64,000 nucleotides of DNA. It comes from the human T2T-CHM13v2.0 reference genome, Homo sapiens. Location of the stretch: assembly GCF_009914755.1 (NCBI RefSeq), contig NC_060927.1, one strand, 5' to 3'. The notes under the pieces are model-generated. The model saw nothing but the letters and a program-made list of their open reading frames with translations, was not told the origin of the DNA and made no database searches. A program made the position numbers and the translations under genes. Positions 41,781 through 54,927 of the stretch are shown here, in pieces (within the stretch, counting starts at the first letter, position 1; every line of letters begins with the position of its first letter).

Positions 41781-43739
41781 CTATGCAGATATACACACGT
41801 TGATATGCATTCCAAATCTTAAAATATCTGTTCTTTTAAATTCATATTAGATCACATCAGTCCCCTACTTAAAAACCTTGAGTAATACTTCCTATATTAC
41901 TCTTGAAAAGAAATCTAACTCCTTTCCGTGATATGCCTCCCTCCTACTTCTCTGGTCTCATCTCTCTACCATTCTCCCCACTACCATCCCTGAAGGTCAG
42001 TGCTCCAATCTCTCCTAGATATTGACATTTGCAAAGGTTTATGCTCCACAGAGCTAACACTCCTCCTTGGGGTTCATTTGTGTTCATAACATCCCTGGTG
42101 CATTCAGTTGAGCTTCACTTGCCCTTTTTCTTAATGCTACACATTTGAAAATAAGAAACACTCCTCGGCCCCACATAAAAAAATCACAGCTTGAAGCATG
42201 AAGTTCTCAGAAGCAAAATAAAACACTTCAGTATTTAAAAGTTAATCAGCATTTTAATTACTGTGCTTTAAGCTTTTCTTTTAAAAGAGAAAGCAAAGCA
42301 CATTCATGCTGACAAACCAAGTTTTAGTCTGATGTTACTTGAAATGGCCATTAAAAACCCTTGAAAGGGAACTTAGAAGCAGGCAATGATAAAGTGGTAA
42401 AAGGGGAAGAATCCCCTGGGTGGGGAATTACCCTTATCTGACGGTCTGTGCTTGTGTGTGTGGTTTTGAGGGTTACTTGGTCCCCATAAACACAAGGCGG
42501 AGTTTTACAGGATGTCTTAGAAGAGCAATAGCTAGACTGTGTCCAGGACTGTTGTGCCAGAAGAACCTTTTGTTTCTGGCATGCTAGGAAGCTAACTGGC
42601 TGCAAAGGAAAAGTGAAATGAGCTCACAGAAATGTGGGCTTTGATTAAACCATTATTCTAAATAAAGCTGCCTTTACTCCTCCAAAATCCAAAGTTGAAT
42701 TGCAGGGTGGGGAGGAACTGAAGTATTCCCCCCTTCTCTTGCCACCTTCAAATAACGGCTTATTTAAAATACCTATTTTTTTTGTGAAGTTTTGACAGTT
42801 CTCAACCCAGCAAGCAGTTTGTTTCTTGTCAGTTCCCCAGCCCTTTTCTGGCAGTCTGAACTATTTCATTGTGAACTCTGTTATGCTAGAAAGTCTTGAC
42901 TTGAAAATTCTTCAGGGTCATAGAGGCCTAAGTATTTTCAGTGTTAACGACAGAGATTTTGAAATGAAAAATAATCTGTTTTCTTTTCTCAAGCAGTGGA
43001 AATATCCCAGGGCTGTTCATTATTTTGTACTTTGTTGATCAATTTTTCATACGTAGCCAATTTAGCCGACTTGTTAATCCATTTTCCTTCAGGAAGCTTT
43101 TTCATGGCCCTTCATTTCCATACTGTAATGTTGTTGGCTCTGTCATTCCACTTACACTAATACGTTTTGTAACCTTATAAAAACTTTTGACAGGGCTGAG
43201 GCGTCTTCCAGAAAGCAGAAAAGCATAAATGCAGGCAGGTGTTTGCTGGTTTACAAAGGGTTAGTCTGAAATCTCAATTTCTGGACAGTGAGTGGTCTGT
43301 GAGCCTCTCACATGACCTAACAATAGCATTAATTTTCCACAGGAAAATAAAATAGTAACATTTTATCTTAACTTTAAATGATTTAAAGACACAGGACTAA
43401 GGAAATAGAAGGGAAGATGAATATCAAGAAATACAGTACCAGAAAGAATTCAAAAAATATAAAAGCAACATTAGAAATCACATAGCAAACCAAATCATTT
43501 TGTGCATGAGGCTCACCCTGTAAATTAGTGGTGGAAATGGGCTCAAGGATTAGGTCTTCTAACTCATTGACTAATATTCCTGTTTTTTCATTACCAGCTT
43601 CTGTTCGTTAAATGCTCCAAAAAACTACCCAGCAAGTGTGACTGGTCTATGAAGGAATTAAAACAAATCAAACCAACCAAACAACAAATTTCACTTCCAT
43701 TGTCATGTTTTAATATCATCTTGTAAATAGGTGTAACAT

Positions 43740-43890
43740 TTGCCACATTTTAACTATTTGTTTATGTATCTGTCTTCCTAATTAGATTGTCCCTGGGGTG
43801 GGACTTCTTTTAATCTTTTGGATATTCCCAGTGCTTGAACATTTTCTGAAAGGAAGCCTAGGCTCAATAAATACTTATTGAATGGATACA
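43740..43890 (+). mobile_element. L2 3' end
   Basis: ccccagtgcttgaaca...ggctcaataaatacttattgaatgga. Confidence 0.65.
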
Positions 43891-44959
43891 ATTTTATATC
43901 TCTATCACAATAGGAAAAAGATAAATCTCCCTCCCTAGTGATGGTAGATATTTCCAAAAGTTTCCCCATAGTTACTATCTTGCATGCTGTGGACTCTGAA
44001 GTTATTGCAATGCCTTTCCCTTATGCAGCTCTTTCTGGTGTAAGTAAAAGGATATAACAGAGGAAAAAAATTCTATAAAATAACCACTCAAGATCTCAGT
44101 ATCAAAACCAAAGCAAACAAAAACAAAAACAAAAACCTATAAATTATTAAGTGATTGCACTTTAGGTTTATAGAGCATGTTTCATCTCAGGAACTCCCTG
44201 AGCTTTTAGAGAATCAGCTCTTTTTATCTTGACAACACTTTGGAGGTGGATAGGGGGTAGTATTATTTTGCTGATGGAAAAAATAAGGCTCAGTGGGGTT
44301 AAATGATTTGCTTGGGGTCACACAGGGCTCATTCTGTGTTTGTTATTTGTTTAGAAGTTGCTTCTGAAAAGCATTGCAGCTGTACTCTAGAGAAGCTATA
44401 AAGTAGCCATGGGTTGGAATCTGGTCCCTGAGATTTCCTGTATACAGGAAAAGTTAGGATGCTAGTTACAAGTTAGGCTGGGCATTTTGCCTGCAACATC
44501 TTAATGATGATGTTTCAGTTAGTGGAGAGACAGGAACCAGAATAATTTTGTTTCTTTGATCCTGATCCCTGTCATCTTATTCTCTTCCTTAACAGTTGAA
44601 ATTCTTTGCCCTCCACTCTAAATTCGTCAGTTTTAAAGCTGTTACATACATATAGATTCTTCCACATAAAATTTGAGTTTAAAAATTATTGTCCAAAAGT
44701 ACTTTCTCAATTCTTTTCACTAGGTGTTATTTCAATAAGAGATTATTTCTCTACTCTAAACACTTAACTATTTAAGTGGATATTACTGATAGCTGAAAAA
44801 TTCTCACAAGACAAGCTAAATATGTCCACACCCATCCAGTGATACATTAAAATTCAATGGTCTTTGATTCAAAGTTTACTAGATGATTGTCATGTGCAGG
44901 CACAGTGCCATCAATTATGCCAATAAAAACCATTGGCACATGGCTCTACAATATAAACA

Positions 44960-45415
44960 GCACCATCATAAACATAATCACATTTGATTCTCTCAGCAGT
45001 CTTAGGAAATGGGCAGCAACATCTGCATTTACAGATGAAGAAAGTAAAGGTCAGAGACATGATCAGCCTCCAACAGAGAGCAAGCAAGTAATAAGTACTA
45101 GGCCTAGGATCTGAATGTCACATTTTGGATTTAGTATCTTCAATATCATCATAATTATCATCATCACAGCAACAAGACCAACATCTTTTTGGTAGTTATC
45201 AAGTCTTTCTATGTCCTAGGTACTTTGCTAAATATTTTCCATCTATTTCTAACTACCTTTAAAAGCAAAAAGATATCAATTATTAGGCACCACCTATATA
45301 TCTGGCACTATGTGAAGCACTTGATCTTTATACTTTTGTTTAATCTTTAAACAACCCCAGAAAACTGAAGTCAGACAGTTATTTGTCTAAAGTTACAAAG
45401 TTAGATAATGGCAAA
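44960..45415 (-). mobile_element. MIR fragments
   Basis: catttacagatgaagaaagtaaaggtcagaga; aaaactgaagtcagacag. Confidence 0.55.
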
Positions 45416-46197
45416 TGATCTGTATTTTTATTTATACTTACTTTTTTATGGAGGCATGATTAATGTACAAAAAAATCCCTGCACACATTTGATGTATACA
45501 TCTTAATACATTTTTTAAAGATTATTTTACACCTGTGAGACAGTCATCATAAATAAACATAATCATAAACAAAAACATCACCTGTAAAGATTTCCTATAC
45601 TCTCCACCTTTTTTTATGATAACATAAAATCTCCCCTCTTAATAAATTTTTAAGCAAATAGTACAGTGTTGTTAGCCATATGCTGTATAGTAGAACTCTG
45701 GGAATTATTCATTTTGCGTAACCAAAACTATATACCCTTTGAGCAATACCTTACTGATTCCTCCCTCCTCCCAGACCAAGGTAACCACCATTTTACTCTC
45801 TGCTTCTATGAGTCTAACTATTTTAGATGTTCAATATAAGTAGAATCATGTAATATTTGTTTTTCTGTGTCTAGCTTATTTCATTTAGTATAGTGTCCTT
45901 CACGTTTATGCATGTTGTTGCAAATGGCAGGATTTCCTTCTTTTTTATGACGAATAATATTCCATTGTATGTATATATTACATTTTATTTATCATTTATT
46001 TGTTGATGAGCATTTAGCACTTCCATGTCTTTACTATTGTAGATAATACTATAATGAACATGGGAGTGCAGATATATCTTTGAGATCCTGATTACAAATC
46101 TTTAGGGTATATACCTAGAAGTTGTATTGGTAGATCATGTGGTAGTTCAATCTTTTCATTTTTTGAGGAACCGCCACACTGTTTTCCATAGTGGCTA

Positions 46198-46684
46198 TGT
46201 AGCAGGACGAGCTGCAGACAAAACCCCTCAGACACCGAGGTGTAGAAGGAAGGGTTTTATTCAGCTGGGAGCATCGGCAGACTCACGTCTCCAAAAACCG
46301 AGCTCCCCGAGTGAGCAATTCCTGTCCCTTTTAAGGACTTACAACTGTAAGGGGGTCCACGTGAAAGGGTCATGATTGATTGCGCAAGCAGGGAGTATGT
46401 GACTGGGGGCTGCATGCCCCCAGTGCATACTGATTACCAGTGCATACTGGTAATCAGAACGGAATAGAACAGGACAGGGACTTTCACAATGCTTTTCCAT
46501 ACAATGTCTGGAATCTATAGATAACATAACTGGTTAGGTCAGGTGTCGATCTTTAACCAGGCCCAGGGCGTGGCGTCCAGCTGTCTGCCTGTGGATTTCA
46601 TTTCTGCCTTTTAGTTTTTACTTCTTCTTTCTTTGGAGGCAGAAATTGGGCATAAGACAATATGAGGGGTGGTCTCCTCCCTTA
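46198..46684 (-). mobile_element. Solo LTR2-family LTR (different variant from 41043-41501)
   Basis: tgtagcaggacgagc...ggtggtctcctccctta; inserted into the L1 at gtggcta|tactaattt. Confidence 0.9.
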
Positions 46685-47224
46685 CTCATACTAATTTACA
46701 TTCCCAGCTACAATTTGTAAGGGATCTCTTTTCTCCACATCTTTACCAATAATGATTTTTGTTTTTGCTAGTAGCAATTCTAACAAGTATGAAGTGATAT
46801 CTCATTGTAATTTTGATTTGCATTTCTCTGATGATTATTGATGTTTACTACCTTTTTATATACCTATTGGCCATTTATATATCTTCTTTGATCTATTCAT
46901 GCTTTTTGCCCATTTTTAAATTGAGTTATTTGATTTTTCAGTATTGAGTTATAGGAGTTCCTTGTATATTTTGTGTATTAACCATTTATCTGATATATAA
47001 TTTGCAAATATTTTCTCCCATTCTGTAGATTGCCTTTTCACTTTGCTGATTATTTCCTTTGGTGTGAAAAATAGATCATTTGATGTAGTCTCACTTCTTT
47101 GTATTTACTTTTGTTGCCTATACATTTGTATCATTATTCAATAAACCATTGCCAAGACCAGTGTCAAGAAGCTTTTTTCTTATGCTTTCTTCTAGGATTT
47201 GTACAATGTCATGCCTTATATTTA

Positions 47225-47680
<456 letters not shown>

Positions 47681-48389
47681 TCAGTCCACTGTAAATATGT
47701 GGGCTTATTTCTGGGCTATTGTGTTTCATTGTGGATATTTCTGTTTTAATGCTAGTACCATACAGTTTTGATGACTATACTTTTGTAACTTATTTGGAAA
47801 TCAGGAAGTGTGATGCCTCCTGCTTTGCTCTTCTTGCTGAATATTGCTTTTGCTATTTGGGGTTTCTGTGGTATCCCAGGAATTATAATATTGCTTTTGT
47901 TTTCTATTTCTGTACAAATAAATGACAGGAATTTTGATAGGGAATTCTTTGATCTGTAGATTGCTTTGTGTAGTAAGGACATTTTGACAATATTAATTCT
48001 TTCAATCTGTGGACATGTGATATGTTTCCATTTATTTATGTCTTTTCCAATGTCTTTCATCAGTGTTTTACAGTTTTCAGTGTACAAGTATTTCAGCCTC
48101 TTGGCTGTTTATGCCTAAGTGTTTTGTTCTTTTAAATGTGATTTTAAATGATATTGTTTTCTTTGTTTCCTTTTTTGATAGTTTGTTGTTAATGTAAAGA
48201 AACACTACTGGTTATGTTGAGTTTATGAGTCTTTAACCCAATGAACTTGTCTTTTGCATGAGGACATATGATGCATATTCTTTAAGCATAGCTCCTAAGG
48301 AGAAGAAGCCATTGATAGCCCTGGAACAGTGTTAAGTTTCAGAGACTTTAAAATGTATGTATATTATATAAAAATGAATAATCTGAAAT

Positions 48390-50657
48390 TAAAATGATTC
48401 TATGTATTTTAGCATTAAAATAATGATATAATTAGGAATAAGTTTGACAAAAGTAGTGTAATACTTTTGCACTGAAAACTACAAAACATTATTGAAAGAA
48501 ATTAAAGAAGACCTAAATAAATGGAAAGACATCTGTGTGCATGGAATAGAAGATACTATTTTTAAGATGAAAATACTCTTTGTATTGGGCTAAATTTGTG
48601 GCCCCTTCAAAAGATATGCCCATTTCCTAATCCCTGGTCCCTCCTAATGTTACTTTATTTGGCAAAACATATGTTCTTTGCATATGTAATTATGTTAAGG
48701 ATCTTGTGATGAGGAGATCATCCTGTATTATCTAGATTGGTCCTAAATGAAATGACATGTATCCTTAAAAGAGTGAGTCAGAGAAAGAATTGACACAGGT
48801 CAAAGAGGACGGGGCAATATCATCACAGAGGCAGAGACTAGAGTAATGTGGCCACAAGTCAAGGAATGCCAAAAGCCACCAGAAGCTGAAAGAGGGAAAT
48901 AACATATTATCACTGTCTCCATTTTCCTTAACTAACTCATAAAGTGACAATTGACAGGAAACTCTAGAGGCGGTGTGGCTCTGCTGACACCTTGAATTCC
49001 TGCCTTCAGAACTGCAATACAACAACATTTTATAGATTTAAGCCACCAAATTGGTGGTAATTTGTTACAGCAGACACAGGAAATGAATACACTCTCCCAG
49101 TTTATTTACAGATCTCGTAAATCACTATTAAATTTCCAACTTCTTTTTTTTTAGCAGAAATTGACAAGCTCATCCTAAAATTCATACAGAAATGCAAAGG
49201 ATCTAAAATAACCATAACACTCTTGAAAAAAAAGAGGAACAAAGTTGAAACACTCACATGTTTCAATTTCAACACTTACTACAAAATTATAGTAACTCAG
49301 ACAGTGTGGTGTTTGGCATAATGGTAGGCATATAGATTCGTGGAATAAAATTGAGATTCCAGAAATCAACCCATATATTTATGGCAAATTGATTTAGACA
49401 AGGTTTCCAGAAAGAATTCAACAGGGAAAGCACTCTTCAAAAAATAGTTCTGGGTCAACCGAATATCTGCATATAGAAGAACAAACTTGGACCGCTTCCT
49501 CATGTCATATATAAAAATTAATTCAAAATAGATCATAGACTTAAGCATAATAGTTAATATAGTGTTTAACTTAACACTTTAACTTAGAAGAAAACACAGG
49601 AGTAAATCTTTGTGACCTTAGGTTAAACCATGACTCCCTATCTATGACAGCAAAGCACAACTGACAAAAGAAAAATAAATTAGAATTCATCAGAATTAAA
49701 AACTTCTGTGTTTCAAATGACACCATAAAGGAAGTGAGACAGACAACACTCAGAGTAAGAGAAAATATTTCAAATTAATACTTCTCATAGGGGACTGGTA
49801 TTCAGAATGCATAAAGAACACTCATAACTCCATAATAAAAGACAACCAAATTAAAATATGAAAAATGATCTGAGTAGACAGTTCTCCAAAGAAGTTGTGC
49901 AAATGGCCAATAAGCACATAAAAAGGTGTTTATCATCATTAGTAATAAGGGAAATGCAAATCAAAACCACAATAAGATACCACAGCATATTGACTAGCAT
50001 GTCTAGAATAAAAAAGGCAGACAAAACAAGGTTTGTTGAAGTGGCTGCTAAGAATGTAAAATGGTGCACTCACTGTAGAAAACGGTTTGAGAGTTATCAA
50101 AAGTTAATAATAGACTTACCATATGACTTAACAATTCCACTCCTAGGTATATACTCAAGAGAATTGAAAACACATGTTTACATACAAACTTGTATTCAAA
50201 TGTTTATAGCAGCATTATTCATACTAATCAGCAAATGGAAACAATCCAAATGTCCATCAACTGATGAACAAATACAAAATGTCATATATCCATACAGTGG
50301 AATATTACTTGGACACAAAAAGGATTAACCTTGAAAACATGCTAAGGAAAAGAAGTCAGTCACAAAATACCCTATATTGTATGGTTTTATTTGTATAAAA
50401 TATCCAGCATAGGATAACTATACAAACAGAATGAAGATTAGTGGTTGCCCGGGACTAGGTGTGGGGGTAGAGTTTGGAGGAAATGTGAAATGAATGCTAA
50501 TCTGTATGAGGTTTCTTTTTGGAATTACTAAAATGGTCTAAAATTGTGGTGATGGGTGCACAATTTGGTGAATGTACCAAAAACCATTGAGTTGTGCCAT
50601 TTAAACTGGTGAATTATATCGTACCTGAATTAAACTGCAATAAATTTGCTAAAAAAT
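48390..50657 (+). mobile_element. L1MB-like (MB5-MB8) ORF2 end and 3'UTR, interrupted by MLT1
   Basis: 156-aa ORF2 remnant at 49858-50328; 3'UTR gattagtggttgcc...aaaccattga...caataaa. Confidence 0.78.
48581..49091 (+). mobile_element. MLT1C/D-like solo LTR
   Basis: TG...CA termini; TSD ctctt/ctctc; caagtcaaggaatgcc...ccaccagaagctg. Confidence 0.8.
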
Positions 50658-51324
50658 CAACTACAACTCCAACTAAAACATAACACTAGCTCCTTCTAAG
50701 AAAGGCATCCTTTGAAGGTCATGTAACCTTTATTCTTTTTGTTTACAGACATCAAGGAAAAAGCTACTGTTTTAGATATATCTGGGTATAGATCCAAAAA
50801 TATATAGCTTATTATCATAAGCTAGTAAGTGAAGGATTCAAAGTTCAAAAGACACTCATAAATTAGATTTTCTTACCCAGAGTGAATATTGGGCTCTGCA
50901 GTAAAGCTACCATATTATCAAACCTAAGTGCTAATTGTCCAAGAGGCTGTCAGCACTAGCCACCTGGTCTCTTTTCTCCATTTTACCCAGCTAACTCCTA
51001 CAGTGCAAAGTAGAACTTTCCATGTTTCAGTGATTTAATAACTCCTATTATCCTCAGCCAGATCATATATACACAAGTTCTCCCCACTCACTAAACTTTA
51101 ACCATATCAGTACATCTAGCACATGGATTTTGATATTTTCTTTATAACATATGTAATTTCCTTTCTTCACTTCTGCAACTACCTAGGTCACATTCCTGAT
51201 AATGTTGACCAATTCGCTCTCTACAAGACTCTGAATTCTCTAGTTTTCTATCCTTTTATTTTACCCTTTTATAAGAAATAGGGATTTGAGAAACCTATTG
51301 ATGGGTCATTTTAAGATCTGCATA

Positions 51325-51460
51325 TTTCATCAGGATTCAGACTACCTGGGGATCTTTTTAAAAGGCAAAGTATGATTCAGGACATCTGGGGTGGGCCTCA
51401 GGTTTTGTATTTTTAATAAGCTCCCAAGTGAGGCCACAGAATACACTTTGAGTTCCAAGA
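51325..51460. mobile_element. MER5A fragment
   Basis: gattcaggacatctggggtgggcctcagg...taataagctcccaagtga. Confidence 0.55.
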
Positions 51461-51676
51461 TTGTAGGAAAGGACTTCACAAAAAATCAAACTGGATAGAC
51501 TAGAACAATTCTAAAGTCAATTCCCCTCTATTAAGCTTATACAACTGCCTAACTATTATCTTTCTGTAGAAACTCTCTAGCATTCTGCAGAGGTTATATG
51601 AAAGCTTCTTCACCTTCTGTTTTCTGCTCTCTGCCTTTTTTCAGCCAGCCACCTTTCTTTTTGTACCTCCTAAAAG

Positions 51677-51843
51677 AGTGGTTCTCAACCCTGTTGCATG
51701 TTAGAGTTACTTGAGGGAGGTTTAAAAAATTCTAATGCCTAGGCTATATTCCAGAACAAATAAATCAGCACATCCTTGATAGGGTGTTAGTTTTCAAAAC
51801 CAGCAAGATGACTCCAAGTTGCAGCCAAATTTGAGAGTCTCTG
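51677..51843. mobile_element. MER5A1/B-like element
   Basis: agtggttctcaaccctgttgcatgttagag...gcagccaaatttgagagtctctg. Confidence 0.65.
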
Positions 51844-52633
51844 ATCAAGAATGTAATCAACATCCAGCCATCCAGTATTAAAATTACATGAAACCATAGG
51901 CATGCTATTTCGGATTTAATGTCAATTTCTTTATGTGTGTTTCTGGTTTATGTATCCACCCACTTTCCCAGCAATCATACATTATTATTTAGTAAACATT
52001 GCATGGTACTTTTCCATCTTGAAATACACAAACAAATAAGCTTTTAATGCATGAACTATCAATTGAGTGAGAAATTTCTTAAAACATTGAAGATTACTTA
52101 GAGATAGGACAGTTTTGTTTCTAGCTGATTGTGAACTTATAATTATTTTATTAAAATTAAAGACATTAGGGTAACCTAATATTCAATTGAAAATTGCACA
52201 TTTCATTCTGTTGCTTTAGCATTGAGTGGATAAATTATTTGAATTGAATGTGTTTGTTTTTAGTGATGTTGCCTGTGTTTGTTTATAGTGACAGCCTAGT
52301 TATCTTTGTATAGTGCCCATTAGGGCATTCTCTGTAACTAAGGGCACTTACACAATTTTCACACATTTTTACATCCCTTGTATTTCTGTATTTGGATTTA
52401 TTGAAAGGGACAGTGAGTCAGACACTTAGGTTACCTAACCATTTTTATCTAAGTCCTCTATGTTACTATATAAGAGAAAACTCAGGGCACATGTGTTGGG
52501 AATGGTTCAGAAAGGAGTTCTCTCTCTCTCTCTCTCCTTTTATAAGTCTATCTTTTCATCTATCTTTTACAGAGGGAAAGAGAATTTCAGAAAACAATGA
52601 GCCATTTGAATGCCACCAACTGTACAGGACCTC

Positions 52634-52987
52634 TGTATAGTCCATTCTCATACTGCTATAAAGAACTTCCTGGGACTGGGTTATATGTGAAGAAAAGAAG
52701 TTTAATTGACTTACAGTTCTGAATGGCTGGGGAGGCCTCAGGAAACTTATAATTATGGCGGAAGTCACCTCTTCACAGAGCGGCAGGAAAGAGAAGCAGC
52801 AAGCAAGGGAGGATCTACCACTTATAAAACCATCAGATCTTGTGTGAACTCACTCAGTATCTCTAGAATAGCATGGGGGGAACTGCAACCATGATGCAAT
52901 CACCTCCCAGCAGGACTCACCCACGACACCTGCGGATTACAATTCAAGATGAGATTTGGGTGGGGGACACAAAGGCTAACCATATCA
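52634..52987 (-). mobile_element. THE1D/MSTA-like solo LTR
   Basis: tgtatagtccattctca...gatgagatttgggtgggggacac...ccatatca; TSD acctc/acctg. Confidence 0.85.
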
Positions 52988-53919
52988 ACCTGTTTTTCAC
53001 TATAGTTACAGTTTTAGGATGGGACATATGCAAGTGTCCAAGGGTGATTGTGGCTACATTAACAGGAAATCTTTAGGCAATGGGGTTTCCCTCTAAAGTA
53101 GCTTCACCCTGAAACAGCTGGGATCTTTCTTAATGTGGTAAGGAGTAAAAGAAGAAAAGAAAGAAAAGAAGTTGGGTGTTACCACACTTTGATTCTTGGA
53201 ATAGAAACTGAGCCAAACTGGCTGAGAAAGGTCACACTTTTGCCAAAGAAGCTTAACAGAACTCAGGGGAAAATAAAAACTTTCAAAGGAGACTCTCCAA
53301 TACTAGGACTTTTAGTGCCAGCATATTCTCTACTCCACACAGTACACTGCACTGATGGTCTTGCTATTACAATCATTTCAATTGACTCTGCTTCAGAGCT
53401 GAGAAGAAAGTTCTAATGAGCTTAAATGAACAATAAGGGGAGTCAATGATAATCCACCCACACTAGTTTTGGATAAATGCCAGTTCTGAATAAATTCTTA
53501 TTCATACGTGAGTAGTAACAAGGTCTTCCTATATGGAGCCTACTCAAAGTTATTGCAACAAATGGAGACAGACACCTTGCATTCAAAAAAGAGAAGAAAA
53601 GCATAATTTGAAAAAGGAAGTTTTCTTTCCCTACAGGAAATAGGAGAAAATTCAGGATGAGTTTACATCTTTAAAAATTAATTAAAATATATTTTAGGTA
53701 ATGATATAACAAGAAAACAAGCTGAGATACGAATGGGAGCTGGCTTAAAGAGAAGAAAAGGAAAAAAAACACAACTAGGAAAGGAAGAATATATCTTAAA
53801 AATAAGAAAGAATCACTGAATTAATAACTGCATTAGAAACAAGGGCAGACTCAAAACAGAAATGTGGAATGTAAGCTTATGAAATGTTCATAGAACACTG
53901 AGAAAAGGACAAAGACATT

Positions 53920-54620
53920 GGATCTGAGAGATGATGATTGATGAGCACTGTCATCAGCTAAATATAGTGAGTTTGATTTTTGAATACTGATTTTGTGATG
54001 TCTACAGACATTTGTGGTTGAGCAGGAGGCAGGGGAACGTGGGATGACCCTTACATAGCGTGAAAATGAGGAGAAAGTTTGGCACCAGAGGTGCAGATTT
54101 GGAAACAGTGACATATAGGAGAGAAAACCAAGGGTAGCATTTTCAGCCACGGGCTTTCTCTATCATGCTTTATTGTAGTTGCTTGTCTAATTATTTTGCC
54201 ACCATTAGACGGAAGCTTCATGAAGAAATATGTCTTTTGTATTCACCGTTGTATTTCTGGGGCCTAGAAAATAGGGTTGACAATTTGTGTCAAATAGATG
54301 AATGAAGAGAAGAGAGTTGAATGAGCCACAGAGAAGCCAGGACTTGGAAGGTCAGTATAAAAAGGAATGCTGTTGGAAAAGAATTAAAGAAGCAGCAATA
54401 GTAATAGCAGGAAATAGAAGGAGGAAATGCTATTGTAGAAGCCACAGGAATAAAATGTTTCAAGTATCACAACAGGCCTAGCAGTGTTAAATCCTACAGA
54501 GAGGTCAAAAAAGATGGGAATTTTAAAGAGACCTTTAGATTTAGCAAGAAAGAAGTCACTGGTGTACTCTGTATGATTAAAATCGGTCAGGAGCAGAGTT
54601 GGAAACTGAAGACTAGAGAG
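53920..54620. mobile_element. L2 fragments in both orientations
   Basis: Minus-strand L2 motifs (tgctattgtagaagcc, ctacagagaggtcaa, gatttagcaag) around a plus-strand L2 3' end at ~54155-54305. Confidence 0.55.
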
Positions 54621-54724
54621 TTAGTTGTTGCCTCCTGTACAATAAAGAGGGCTTTTTTGTTTGGTTGGTTTTTGGCAAAACATCTAAGTATAAAATGTTT
54701 TGAGGAAGAAAGAGGATAAAAATG

Positions 54725-54927
54725 ATCTTTATTGTACATTTTTAAATAACCAGAAGAGTATAATTGGAATGATTGTGACACAAAGAAATGATAAATGCTT
54801 GAGGTGATGGATATCTCATTTACCCTGATGTGACTATTGCATATTGTATGCCTGTATCGAGGTATCTCATGTACTCCATAAATATATGCACCGACTATGT
54901 ATCCATAAAAATTAAAAAAAAAAATTA
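54725..54927 (+). mobile_element. L1MA2/3-like 3' end
   Basis: gataaatgcttgaggtgatggatatc...ccataaatatatgcacc...A tail. Confidence 0.8.

Noticed and set aside
39385-46684. The inverted LTR piece arising by recombination with the solo LTR2 at 46198
   Set aside because: Its diagnostic bases match the 41043-41501 LTR, the solo LTR is complete, and its L1 flanks are contiguous.
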